Assembly: GCF_001194135.2 (NCBI RefSeq) | Contig: NC_069007.1 | Coordinates: 10,840,486-10,904,485 of the forward strand | From: Octopus bimaculoides | Lineage: Eukaryota | DNA: 64,000 bases | Reading direction: 5' to 3' | Notes under the pieces: model-generated | Databases searched by the model: none | What the model was told of the DNA's origin: nothing | The model's input: the letters and a program-made list of their open reading frames with translations, nothing else | Made by a program: the position numbers and the translations under genes | Shown: positions 1-12,130 of the stretch, one piece after another | Numbering within the stretch: position 1 is the first letter of the stretch | Layout: the number at the start of each line of letters is the position of its first letter

Positions 1-50
<50 letters not shown>

Positions 51-149
51 TATATATATACATACATACATAACTGCTTTCAGATGATTAAAAAGACACT
101 TGGGTTTCAGTTGCACAAGAGCCTGATTATATCAAGAATGATGAAGACT

Positions 150-432
150 TTTTGAAAACTTTGTGTAGGCCTCTGAGCAGATATCACCAAGCTCTTGGCA
201 AAATTTGATGCAGATTCTCTACTCAGTTTTCTCTGTCATGGTCAATGTGATGATCATCATTACACACCTTCCTTCCAAGCACTGCTGTAAAGAACAGAGA
301 GGAACTAGAATGTTAAAACTTAGTGCACATGCACAGCAGAGTTCAAAGTCAATCTATGCCAAGTGGCTTTACTCTGTGTGCTTTAGCATTGTTACCATGA
401 CAACAGTCCGGATACTTATTGATCAGACCAAG
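150..432 (-). mobile_element. Mariner-like element, 5' end with TIR and decayed transposase N-terminus
   Basis: Minus strand reads TA|CTTGGTCTGATCAATAAGTATCCGGACTG (mariner-type TIR, 404-432). From 240 it translates to MTEKTE*RICIKFCQELGDICSEAY, matching the mariner N-terminal 'EQRICIKFC..LG' motif. Confidence 0.7.
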
Positions 433-439
433 TATGTTT

Positions 440-501
440 ATGTATGTGTGTGTGTGTGTTTATATATCACACAACTGCATCCTTATTATATATACACACA
501 C

Positions 502-534
<33 letters not shown>

Positions 535-535
535 G

Positions 536-576
<41 letters not shown>

Positions 577-1330
577 NNNNNNNNNNNNNNNNNNNNNNNN
601 NNNNNNNNNNNNNNNNNNNNNNNNNNNNNNNNNNNNNNNNNNNNNNNNNNNNNNNNNNNNNNNNNNNNNNNNNNNNNNNNNNNNNNNNNNNNNNNNNNNN
701 NNNNNNNNNNNNNNNNNNNNNNNNNNNNNNNNNNNNNNNNNNNNNNNNNNNNNNNNNNNNNNNNNNNNNNNNNNNNNNNNNNNNNNNNNNNNNNNNNNNN
801 NNNNNNNNNNNNNNNNNNNNNNNNNNNNNNNNNNNNNNNNNNNNNTACACACATATACATATACATATATATATATATATACATACATGTATATATACAT
901 ATATACATATACATACATACATATATATATATTTAAATTAATATAAACAACTGTGAGCATGCAATATATATATAAATGTGTGTATGTGAGTGTGTATGTG
1001 TGTGTGTGTGTGTGTGTGCATGCGTATGCATGCAAGCTTATATAAATATACCTATTTATATATGTTTGTGCATATATATACACACACATGCATTCTTAAA
1101 CAATATATACATATATATATATACACACTCAAATTCAAATACGTATTATACATACAAACACATACATTCACACACATGGACACTTAGAAACACATACACT
1201 CACATATCTGCATGCATGTGCATGCACACACACACACACACAGATGCTTCCATCCACTCGCAAATACATATGCATGCATACACATACTCATACATGCAGA
1301 CACACACACACACACACACACATTCACACC
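440..1330. repeat. Compound (TG)/(CA)/(TA) microsatellite with assembly gap
   Basis: Directly visible; N run at about 577-845. Confidence 0.95.
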
Positions 1331-1714
1331 AGTTTCCATTGAAGTTTCATCAGGTTTTGATGCCAACAAGGGAAATCAAGGAAATTTAATTTGTCTCTTC
1401 CCTGCATCTTCTATATCTGTAACCACCATCATTATCACCATCACCATCACCATCATCTCTGATGTCGAAATTAACAACAGCAATATTAACTGCACAACAA
1501 CAACAACAACAGCAACATCTATAGAGTAATAATGAAGAAAACAACAAGAATACCACCATCAACACCAACACCCCCAACAACAACAACATCAACAACAACA
1601 ATGATTGTAACAACTGTAATAATAAAACAAACAACAGGAACAAAAAAACAGAAACAAAAACAAATAATCCACAGTCACAACAACAACAACAACAACAACA
1701 ACCTTTTATGTTGT

Positions 1715-2130
1715 TTATTTAACCTGCTAGAAAGAAGTCAAATCTTTCTTAAAACATCCTGTCATCTTGGTAATGGTAAGGCCATACTGAATAATGTTGT
1801 CCTTGAAAAGATTGGATGGCCATGGCTGGAATGCCTTTGGTCATAAGTCTGTTCTTTAAGCAACAGTAAACATAAAGCAAAAACGACAACAGGAGGAACC
1901 AGGGTGGCAAAAAACCGGTGAGGGAGCTTCTAGATTGTTGCTCAACTTGCTAGAAATAGTTGCCAAATATTTCTCACAGCATACTCTACCATTCTTAAAA
2001 TTGGACACATTGTACTATATAGTCAAAGGTACACTGTGCCAAAAAAAAAAAGAAAAAGACAGGATCTTTATGGCTGTGATGTTTCTGATCCCAAGTCCAC
2101 TCAAATTGAGCTGACTCAGGGTTAAACAAG
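1715..2130 (+). mobile_element. Two decayed copies of interspersed repeat family F (SINE-like, (CAA)n tail)
   Basis: Shared core aacctgctagaaatag...ggacacatt...gtcctag...catggctggaatgcc...gctgac. Other copies lie at 9230-9400 (-) and 60720-60905 (+). Confidence 0.55.
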
Positions 2131-2224
2131 GTTATAATGATAACGACAACAGGAATTACGATAACATCAACAACTAATTAGACAATTGGCTCCTTCAGAT
2201 GCTTGCATTAAATGTCATCAATTA

Positions 2225-2346
2225 CTAGAAATTGTATTTCATTGCCATGGTAACTTCAGGTTGATAAGTTACTGAATTATAGCTGGATGCACTCCTTCCT
2301 GATGTCAGTGTTGATGACAACAGTCGACAAGGTTTTGGACAACCAT
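2225..2346 (-). CDS. Candidate terminal exon (unverified)
   Basis: Acceptor cactttctttAG is followed by a phase-1 open frame (D)GCPKPCRLLSSTLTSGRSASSYNSVTYQPEVTMAMKYNF* in sequence I do not recognise as repeat. No homology recognised. Confidence 0.2.
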
Positions 2347-2369
2347 CTAAAGAAAGTGACACTTCTTAA

Positions 2370-2715
2370 CCCTTAAACATTCAGATTACTCTGTCAGATG
2401 TAATGCTTATTTAATCACATTGTTTTGAATCAATCCTGGATTATCTCATAGCTTTGAGATTTCAATAATATGATTGTATGATTTTAGAATGACACTGTAG
2501 GGTAAGTGTGAGAGGCTCGAATATTTAGGCCAGATGCAGGTGGTTTAACCTCTTAGCATTTAAATTATTCTGTCAAATGTAATACTTATTTATTCACATA
2601 GCTTTGGATTAATCATGGATTATCTCACAACTTCGAGATTTCAATGATGTGAGTGTTTATTGTTAGAATGACATTGTAGGGTAAGTATGAGAGACAGGAT
2701 CAGGCCAATTTGACA
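2370..2715 (+). mobile_element. piggyBac-type MITE, two head-to-tail copies
   Basis: Starts TTAA|CCCTT. The body matches the complete copy at 49473-49692. The junction is at TTAA 2545-2548. Confidence 0.75.
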
Positions 2716-3050
2716 TTCTCCCCGTACTCCTTTTTATTATGAATTGCTATGGTTTCTACCATACTGTGGGTTCTTATTTCTTTATCCTTGGGGTTATCTT
2801 TCCGACGGATTTCCTTATAGAGTGTCCTAGCTACATCATGTCTCTTTGGTAGATAATACTGTGATGACCTTTTCAGACAACTGCTTATATGATGTGGGTG
2901 ATATCTTGGGTGTTAATTCCACAAAGTCTGCATCGGTTGTCACATTTTACTGCTTTTCCTGCATCTCCATCCCTTTTGTGCATCAGGTATTTCCTGTTCA
3001 ATATTTCTTGTTTCTGAATTGCTGTTCTTCTGATTTATCGATATTGAACT
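2715..3050 (-). mobile_element. R4/Dong-like RLE non-LTR retrotransposon fragment (zinc-knuckle region)
   Basis: Translates to ...KYLMHKRD...CDNRCRLCGINTQDITHII.SC...YYLPKRHDVARTLYKEIRRK..., the CCHC knuckle. Closely resembles 23675-24280. Confidence 0.8.
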
Positions 3051-3064
3051 TAGCCCTTTCTCTC

Positions 3065-3450
3065 TTTGTATCTTCCATCTTTTCTTTACTTTGTTTTGGT
3101 TATTTGACCACGGCCATGCTGGAGCACCATCTTGAAAGGGATTTTAGTTGAGAAAATCAACCCCAGAACCTAATTTTTTTGCTTTTAAAAGCCTAGTACT
3201 CATTCTATTGGTGTCTTTTGCTGAACTGCTAAGTTACTGGGATGTAAACACACCAACATCAGCTGTCAAGTGGTGGTGATGGACACGCACACGCACACAC
3301 CCACAGACATATATACTATGGGCTTCTTTCAGTTTCTGTTTACCAAATCCATTCACAATGCTTTAGTTGGCTTGAGGCTACAGTAGAAACATCTTGCCCA
3401 AGGTGCCACACAGTGGGATTGAACCTGGGATCATGTAGTTGGGAAGCAAT
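3065..3450 (-). mobile_element. tRNA-derived SINE family A
   Basis: Matches copies at 11320-11965, 40560-40950, 49955-50355 and 61487-62525 (head gctgtgtggtaagaagcttgcttcccaaccacatggttccgggttcagtccc; tail cagtcaaatgactgaaacaagtaaaagag). Confidence 0.85.
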
Positions 3451-3454
3451 GTTT

Positions 3455-3685
3455 CTTATTTCTTTATTGCACACAAGGGGCTAAACATAGAGGGGGCAAA
3501 CAAGGACAGATAAAGGGATTAAGTTAATTACATCAACCCCAGGGCATAACTGGTAGTTAATTTATCGACCCCGAAAGGACGAAAGGCAAAGTCGACCTCG
3601 GTGGAATTTGAACTCAGAACATCATGGTAGACGAAATACCACTAAGCATTTCACCCAGTGTGCTAACATTTCTGCCAGCTCGCCC
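3455..3685 (-). mobile_element. SINE family B
   Basis: Matches 41888-42112 (ggcagaaacgttagc...gttcaaattccgccgaggtcgactttgcctttcatcc...agccccttgtggg). Confidence 0.85.
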
Positions 3686-4788
3686 CCTTATACTGAACAA
3701 ATATCAAGGTAGACATGCTTTCATGGAGGGCAGTAAACAAGGGATACTGTTTGTAAGAATGGTGACATTTTGTTTGCAATTAACGTGCACAAGTCCAGAT
3801 GATAATAATAAGGGGAATACATACGCTCTCTCTCCCTCTCTCTCTCTCTCCCTCTCTCTCTCTCTCNNNNNNNNNNNNNNNNNNNNNNNNNNNNNNNNNN
3901 NNNNNNNNNNNNNNNNNNNNNNNNNNNNNNNNNNNNNNNNNNNNNNNNNNNNNNNNNNNNNNNNNNNNNNNNNNNNNNCTCTCTCTCTCCCTCTCCCTCC
4001 CTCTCTCCCTCTTCCTCTCTCTCCCTATCCCCCTCCCCCTTTCTCTCACACACACAGACATCCAAACATAGGATGGGCTTCTTCCCATCTCTGTCTAACA
4101 AATTTCATTCAAAAGGTCTTGATCAACCTAGAGTAGAAGGCATCAATCTACATCATCCTGATGATGGAAACGGATCGTCAATCTCACATAGTTCTGAAGT
4201 GAATTTCATAACCAGAGCCAAGCCTGCCTCAATGTATGTAGAGAGAGCTAGGCAGAAAGACAGCATACACCTGCCCTGAATACAGACGAATTACTACTGG
4301 CACACCGGTCATCTCTATCAGAAGCAGCACTCACACAAATACCATCAAAACCATTACAATTGCTCTCCCACAGTTTCTCATCCAATACCCTCCTCGCTAC
4401 CACCAACACCATCAAAACTTTTACAACTATTATTCAACTGCTACCACCACCAAAACCACCATCACCACCACCACATCTACTTTGACCCCCACCACTATAA
4501 CCATACAATGTACAGACATAGGTTCGTCTAAGCCTTTGCTGTCTCTCCCACTCGGCTATTTCTTCAATACTGTGTGCTCAGTTATTGTCCATTTTCCTGT
4601 TGACCTTTTATTTGTCATGCACCGAGTCTGCATTGCATTGTCATTTCACTTTAACATTCAGTATACACCCACATTACACCAGCACACCTCATACTGCACA
4701 CTGCCCTATATACATATATATATCTCGTTGTCTGTTTACTTATCCATGTATCTAAACACACGCGCACACACACACACACATATACATA

Positions 4789-5700
4789 CAAGAATCCCCA
4801 GTCTTGAGGGAGTAATGTGTTCCTGAAAAACTTACTGTAATGTGAAATTTATTTCACTGTTGATTCTCCTGTTTATAACATGAGAATGTATTCCAAAAGA
4901 TGTTTACAAAAGAAAAAGGAAAAACAACAACAAAAAACAAGAAACAACAACCACAATTTCTAAACATACGCAGTCCAATATTTATACGTAAAAACATTTG
5001 GTGAAAAATGTTAAGGAATAAATTTAAAAAAACATATTACTGTAATAGGATACGTTCTTACAAAGGATGTTGACTAGCATGTGAGGAATAGTGATAATGG
5101 AATGAGAGTTCCAGGGAGGATGAAGGATTCTTTCTTCTAACTTTGCAGTTCTTCATCAACATTTATTTGAGCAACCAAAGAACTTTTCCAGAATTGTTTG
5201 GTGTACATCATATCTTTGTACAACTCAGGGTAGGAACTGAGATCATGTAATATGTTTCGTTACCTTCTTGATTAGTACTGTTATTAGTAAAATCTTGTGA
5301 CTTATATCTATAAGTGCCAACCTTTTAGCAATATTCTTTGCAATCATATTAAGGAGAGTTGGTGGAATTTCCATATTCTCTGCTTGCTCTTCTTCTAATA
5401 ACATCAGTTTCCCATTAAATGTGCTTTCTCCAAGGGACACCAGCAACTCAACCACAGCATCCTGTATGGCTTTATGAAACCCTTTATCACATGCAAGTAT
5501 CATAATAGATTTCTGAATTTGATGTAGACTTCCTGTTTCTGGAAAGCTTGTTAAGTCATGGATACAGTCTGGCCATATATTTTCCTAACTACCATTCAAA
5601 GTTGAGGGTTTCACATCATTCCACAATCCAACTATGTTAATATAGACTGGTAGCATTCTGTCAGATCGTACCATCACAGTACATGCTGAAAAAGTTCTTA
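4789..5700 (-). mobile_element. Tigger/pogo-like transposon, decayed transposase C-terminus and 3' TIR
   Basis: Translates to STLNGS*ENIWPDCIHDL...VVELLVSLGESTFNGKLMLLEEEQAE...SSYPELYKD, resembling the Tigger C-terminus. A TA-CAAGAATCCCC TIR-like end lies at about 4789. Confidence 0.6.
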
Positions 5701-5979
5701 TTAACCCTATTCAACTTGTTTTGTTTTGTTTCACACTCTCTCCCTTCTGTACATCAATGTTCTACTCGTTGCTTTATTTAATAGTGCTCGTTCTTATGCA
5801 AGGGATCCCTCATTCCTCCCTATCTTTACCTAACAATGTATCATCTACCTAGATACCATACACAAAACCTTAGGAACATCTTTGCTGTTAAAAATGGAAT
5901 TTTAAAAGTGTATATTTAAACAATAGCTATTGGGTGACTGACATTAGGTCACTAATAGATATACTCCACCCCTGGTTCA

Positions 5980-6170
5980 CAGTCATGTTGTCCCCTCACT
6001 CTGTCTTCACCATCACTACCATAGTGACCTCATTTCTTTGGAGCTGGTTGGTCTCATACCATTACTACTGTGGCTCCTTCATCTCACATATCAGCCTTGT
6101 TGCATCCAACTCCCACTGAGATAACACTAACCATTACTCTCATTTCCTCCCACCCAGAGCATTGATCCAA
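5980..6170 (+). mobile_element. Possible CR1/L2-like LINE ORF2 C-terminal relic
   Basis: LCLHHHYHSDLISLELVGLIP resembles the 'LFYRYYHG.CS.EL..LIP' motif. Highly decayed. Confidence 0.35.
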
Positions 6171-6842
6171 TAAAATTTCCATCTCTACTTATGTCTTTTG
6201 TGCATATGTTAACCTGCAATATTTTAAATGGAACATTAATGGCACAAACTCATTAGTCTCAGAGGCCTTGTTTGCAATGGTTGTAGGCACTGCTCCTTCC
6301 TCCAGATTCTGCAGAGTCAGGCAGACATTGATATAGCTACAACCTCACTACATCCTGCCTCTTATGGCACATCATTCCCTACTGTCCTTTTGTTTGGCAA
6401 GAATCTTTCATATTTCAGGTTTGTCTTTTTATGTACCCACTCCATATTGTCATAAAGCACCATCAACTTGACTACCAGGAACTACAGAAAATTCTACAAG
6501 GAATATGTCTCTAGGAGTGTTAAAAAATATCTTTAGGAAAGTGAAACCCAGTTAAAAATTCCACACCATTTTCAAGTGTGTAACAAGATGTGAGTCTATA
6601 TCAGATATTTGAAAGAGAAATGGGAGGAGAGCCTCAATGTCACAAGATTGAATACGTTACCAGAAGAGCTGCAGATAGAATATTTTTCTAAGATTTCATA
6701 GATCAGTCTTAATGTTTGATGTTTTCATTGCATTTAGTGGAAAATGCCAGTCTATAGTCAAATAATGGTCCTTTTCCTGTAGGAAAAAATAAACTCAAAT
6801 ATAGCTAAAAAGAAAAACGAATCATTTGTTAAAACCTTTCTC

Positions 6843-7360
6843 ATGTCATCATCATCATCACCGTCGTTTAACGTCTGCTTTCCATGCTAGCATGGGTTGG
6901 ATGATTTGACTGAGGACTAGTGGACCAGGAGGCGACACCAGGCTCCAATCTGATTTGGCAGAGTTTCTACAGCTGGATGCCCTTCCTAACGCCAACCACT
7001 CCGAGAGTGTAGTGGGTGCTTTTACATGCCACTGGCACGAGGGCCAGTCAGGTGGTACTGGCGACGGCCATGCTCAAAATGGTGTATTTTACGTGCCACC
7101 TGCACAGGAGCCAGTCCAGTGGCACTGGCAACGAACTCGCTTGGATGTCTTACTGGCAACGCCCATGCTCAAAATGGTATATTTTACGTGCCACCTGCAC
7201 AGGAGCCAGTCCATCGGTACTGGCAACGATCTCGCTCGAATGTCTTTTCACGTGCCACTGGCACAAGTACCAGGGAGGCGACGTTGGTAACGATCAACGG
7301 CCACGCTCGAAATGGTGTATTTTACATGTCACCTGCACAGGGGCCAGTCCATCGGCATGC
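6843..7360 (-). mobile_element. RTE-clade 3' tail repeat with internal tandem modules
   Basis: Minus strand ends ggcgttaggaagggcatccagctgtagaaactctgcc...catgctagcatggaaagcagacgttaaacgacggtgatgatgat, a typical RTE 3' end with a (GAT)n tail. Many copies in the window. Confidence 0.85.
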
Positions 7361-7559
7361 TGGTAAAAGTATTGAAAGAAAATTAGATGAAATTGCTCTC
7401 TTAAAGGAATCAGGCGAGAGACCAACTAAAGAACTCTTGTGATGCATTTGAACAGCTGACTGGTCTTTTTCAGCCTTGTACTTTATTTTCTCTATCTCTA
7501 AACAAACCGACATAGTATTTTTATAAGAGACATGGAAGAAAATGTTAATGTTTGAAGAA

Positions 7560-7870
7560 CTTGTCAGTGTTGAGTCACTTCTTTTGTGAGATGCACTGGT
7601 TCTCCAGAGGACAGGATCTGAGTAGATTTTGGAAACTGAAAATACTATTAATAATTTTCTAGAAGAGAATGTTGTGAAAAACAATTGGCGGATATATTTA
7701 GTACTTGTTGTTGATGTAACTATCCATTCTAATGATCTGAATTTGGAGCTGCAGAGAAAGAACAAATTGTTATTTAGCTTAGTAAATGTTATCAATGAAT
7801 TCAAGATGAAATTAAAACTGTTCGTCTGTCAGTTAGAAAATGATTTGAACAAAGAACAAAGTTTCTGTAA
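7560..7870 (+). mobile_element. hAT transposase fragment (SPIN/GTF2IRD2-like)
   Basis: CEMHWFSRGQDLSRFWKLK...NNWRIYLVLVVDVTIHSNDLNLELQRKNKLLFSLVNVINEFKMKLKLF matches the 'EVRWLSRG...LAFLVDIT.HLN.LNL.LQGK' block. Confidence 0.8.
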
Positions 7871-8159
7871 CTGAATGAACAGTGAATGTCCTGAAGATAA
7901 TGTCAATTTGACAAAATATGTTAAAAAAATTAAAAAATAGAGAGAAAGAAAGAAAGAAAGAAAGAACCAGATTATTGCAAGTCATTTGAAAGTCGTTTTC
8001 ATGATTTTCTTGAAGAAAACTGCACTCAAGCATTTATAAAGCTGTTTGCAATTAGTGAGGTGAAAATCATTAAAATGTCTTGTAATATAGAAATGGATCT
8101 CGTTGACTTGTTTTTAAGCTGTATAAATGTAAACACAGATATGGACACATACATATAAC

Positions 8160-8400
8160 ATCATTATTTTAGAATCTGTTTTTCCACGCTAGCATGAGTC
8201 AGACAGTATTTTTTGAGGCAGATTTTTTTAATGCAGGATGCCCTTCCTGTTGTCAACACTTACTTGTTTCCAAGCAAGTTAATATTTCCCTATGGCTGAA
8301 CATGTTATCATAGAATATTGGGAATGAAGAACACTGCTTCTGTGATGATGTTTGTTTACAAATATCATACAATGTCAAGGTATGAAGATGCAAACACACA
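8160..8400 (-). mobile_element. Divergent RTE-tail-type SINE copy
   Basis: Shares ttttccacgctagcatg and ggatgcccttcctg with the RTE tail but has a different 5' body. Confidence 0.5.
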
Positions 8401-8763
8401 CAGGTATTCGCACATATGTATATATGTGAGACAAGATTCAAGTTTTAATGGACTATATTCACTCTCAAAACATTATTCAGCCTGGTCCTATCGTAGAAGA
8501 CATTTAGCTTATCATGCACTGGCACTGAACCCAAAACTATGTGGCTGGGAAACACACACTCAGCAGATTTCAACACCATTTCCAGCTACCAAATTCTAGT
8601 CACATGGTATTGTGCAGCCCAAACAACTGCACAAGAAGATTGAGTGTAAAACATTTAATTTGCAAAGCAAAATTTTTAACCATAAAGCCTTTCTTGTGTC
8701 CATGATATTTCATAAAAGATATTTATTTTTATCAAATATTGATAAGGAACATGAATCCAATTC

Positions 8764-8816
<53 letters not shown>

Positions 8817-9229
8817 TGTGTATTGTGTTGTGTGTGTGTTGTGTTGTTGTGTGTGTTGCATTGTGAGCAAAAAGGAATGAATGGTTCATTCTAAATCCAA
8901 GTTTTTTTTTAATGTTATTGGCAAAATATAAGCATTTCAATAGATTTTAAATAGTTACAAATTAATGTCTGTGCTAGCATGTAAAATATAGTCTCTTATC
9001 TTCATGTATGAATAGCTCAGCCGATTGTTAAGTTATTCATAGAGCTTTACTTGCAGGCCTCAATGAAACTGCCGTTGTTATGTCTGCATCGAGTTATTTT
9101 TGTACATACAGATTATTTAAATCAGTTATATTATAAACTCAATACCAATAGACTTAATGGGGCAAGCAAGATAACTTTAATTAATCTTCACAACAGTCAT
9201 TGTGCCTGTGGCATAGCAGCTCCCACCCC

Positions 9230-9620
9230 AGACCAATCCTGACTAAATGGACCTACAAACATAAGCAATCCATTCATGGCATTTCAATCATATTGTATAT
9301 GAAGGACTAGATTATCCTTCTTTACTTAGAAATAGAAGTGGAATTCAAGGGATATTTGGCTGTTATTTCTAGCAGGTTGAGCAACCCTATATGAGTTATG
9401 TTGTCTTCCTTCTCTGATGATAGATTATCAAAGACCACACTATTTAATCCTTATTATTATCCTGTTCAGAAAGGTGGCAAGCTTGCAGAATCATTAGTGC
9501 ATAGTAGCCTTTCTTCTGGCTCTTTACATTCTGAGTTCAAATACCACTGACGTCAACGTTGCCTTTCATCCTTACAGCGTCGATAAATTAAAGAAACAGT
9601 CAAGTACTGAGGTTGATGAA
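9230..9620. mobile_element. Family F copy (-, 9230-9400) and SINE B copy (+, 9465-9620)
   Basis: Similarity to other in-window copies. Confidence 0.6.
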
Positions 9621-10039
9621 ATGAATTAACCTGTAGCGAGACACAAAGAAGCCAATGCCATTTTGAAACAGCGAGATCTTTTGAAAATCATCAAACATTA
9701 CACACATACACACACATACACACACAAAATGACAGAAATATAATAAGAAAATGTGACAACTTTCATCTAGATCCCATTTTAACTTTCCTTTCATCAGACA
9801 TCAAAAAACCAATAGGGAAAATTTAAAAAAAAAAGTTCCAGGGCCAGACAAAACCATATTGAGCCTGAAAGGTCATTGTTCTTACCAATCTATACAAGCA
9901 TCTGTGCCAACACTGTGAAATTACCAGAATCTGGAAGCTGGGTAAAATTATTATTATTTTAAAGCCCAACAAAACCACATGTGAATTAATCTCATTCAGA
10001 GCCATCACAAACCTATGTACATCTTCAAAGCTCCTACAA

Positions 10040-10740
10040 ATGCCATTCCTTTATATTACCACTTCATATATCTCATCAAATGACCAGCAATTCACACCCC
10101 TTATACTCAACAACCACACCATTTACAAACCTAACACAGAAAATACATGATGGTTTCAACAACAAAAACATCCCACATATACCACTCCAATTACCACCAA
10201 CAAAGCTTGACTACATTTCCTGATGTCCTCTCAAGCATCTAATGCCCAACATCATTGTAAGAAGCAACACAAAATGTTGCCTAGCAAGCTCAGGTCACCA
10301 TTCATTTCTTGAATGTAGTGCTACAAGTTTCCATCCTTCATCCACTCTTTCCAACCTATATTTACAGAAACTTCCCACATCTCCACAAAACATGCAGATA
10401 GTTTCATGCACAGATGATATCATAGATGACATTGTCCCTACCATTCTCAAGATACTACCAAACTACACCAACTTTATCTAAATCTCCTAAAAATGTGTCC
10501 CTACAACAATAGACCCGAATTAGCACGCACCAAATATACCTCAGCTCAAATATAGTGATCACATTCAACAACATAAACATTCACATCCAGAAGACAAAAT
10601 TACTCAAAATTCCAAACAACTCCTCCACACCATACGTAGAAGAGAAAGTGAAAGTAAACAAAGTGACTCGGAGTAATCACAGATACCACATTTGGCCAAC
10701 AGGAAGAAATAACAATAGACTACAAGCAATGCAACGAGAT
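10040..10740 (+). mobile_element. Decayed non-LTR reverse transcriptase (I/Jockey-superclade-like)
   Basis: TNLTQKIHDGFN...; STLSNLYLQKLPTSPQNMQIVSCTDDII corresponds to RT 'SPTLFNLY...VSYADDI'. Confidence 0.6.
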
Positions 10741-10859
10741 TCATAGTGGATTGTGCCTGTCCTACCTAGGTCCCATTAAGCACATGCTTATGGCATCAGG
10801 GGAAGGAGGAAGCACCACAGAAATGGTAAATGGCTTACAGCACAAAAGAAATCACTTTA

Positions 10860-11162
10860 AACTTGCTAAAATAATATCCAGAATGTCTTTATCTCTTCTA
10901 AGAATAGATGCAGATGTGTTACCTATGATTAATTTCGAGGATCTGATCAAAGACTTTGCAATTCAAAAAAGTGGGAGGAAACTTTCCAAATATAAATAAA
11001 ATGGAAGTATTTGAAAATAAACACTATTTTCCCTCTTACTGGTTTGAAAAATAAAAATTTATTTTATGCTTTGTTTTGTTTATATTTTGAATTGCATTAT
11101 CTTTTATGGGGCACCAAAATCTTTTGAGTGCTGAGGGCCTCGATGGATCTTAGTCCAGCCCT
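10860..11162 (+). mobile_element. hAT (ZMYM1-like) transposase C-terminus and right TIR
   Basis: LSLLRIDADVLPMINFEDLIKDFAIQKSGRK* resembles the hAT dimerisation end. Terminal ...cttagtccagccctg is the reverse complement of a CAGGGC-type TIR. Confidence 0.65.
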
Positions 11163-11319
11163 GTACACAGAGCACACCTCCATACCACTTACATAACAAG
11201 GCAGAAATACTGAAAATGAAAGATTATTTTGACATGTGAGGGGGACAATTTGTTGCCATATCCAACTTGAAACCACACAATATGTTACTACATGAAAACT
11301 CACCTCCAAATGCTCAGGC

Positions 11320-11713
11320 ATAGTGACTGTGTGGTAAGTAGCTTGCTTACCAACCACATTGTTCCAGGTTCATTCCCACTGCATGGCATCTTGGGCAAGT
11401 GTCTTCTACTATAGCCTCGGGCTGACCAAAGCCTTGTGAGTGGATTTGGTAGATGGAAACTGAAAGAAGCCCATCGTATATATGTATATATNNNNNNNNN
11501 NNNNNNNNNNNNNNNNNNNNNNNNNNNNNNNNNNNNNNNNNNNNNNNNNNNNNNNNNNNNNNNNNNNNNNNNNNNNNNNNNNNNNNNNNNNNNNNNNNNN
11601 NNNNNNNNNNNNNNNNNNNNNNNNNNNNNNNNNNNNNNNNNNNNNNNNNNNNNNNNNNNNNNNNNNNNNNNNNNNNNNNNNNNNNNNNNNNNNNNNNNNN
11701 NNNNNNNNNNNNN

Positions 11714-11754
<41 letters not shown>

Positions 11755-11965
11755 TTGTTTGTCTGTGTTTGTCCTCCCAACATCGCTTGACAACCGATGC
11801 TGGTGTGTTTATGTCCCCCGTAACTTAGCGGTTCGGCAAAAGAGACCGATAGAATAAGCACTAGGCATCCAAAGACTAAGTCCTGGGGTCGATTTGCTCG
11901 ACTAAAGGCGGTGCTACAGCATGGCCGCAGTCAAATGACTGAAACAAGTAAAAGAGTAAAAGAGA
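11320..11965 (+). mobile_element. SINE family A, full length, with gap in its internal microsatellite
   Basis: Head, body and tail all match other copies. Confidence 0.9.
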
Positions 11966-12031
11966 CTATCACTAATACAACACCCTAAACACACACACAT
12001 TTTCTCTCTCTTTCTCTCTCTCTCGGACCAG

Positions 12032-12130
12032 ACAAATCTAAGAAAGACATAATCCAGGAAATAGCTGTGACATCAATAGCCTCAAATGACTGGAAATACT
12101 TCAATGGGACACACACCACCAATAGTACAG
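12032..12130 (+). CDS. Candidate symmetric internal exon (unverified)
   Basis: Polypyrimidine tract plus ccAG acceptor, 99 bp, CAG|gtagag donor. Phase 1-1 open frame (D)KSKKDIIQEIAVTSIASNDWKYFNGTHTTNST(G). Confidence 0.25.

Noticed and set aside
205-1389. Long ORFs rich in YI/HT/CV dipeptides (and similar ORFs throughout the track)
   Set aside because: They are translations of dinucleotide microsatellites and N gaps.
9190-9264. Apparent minus-strand terminal exon GPFSQDWSGVGAAMPQAQ*
   Set aside because: The acceptor and first codons lie in the 3' part of a family F repeat copy.
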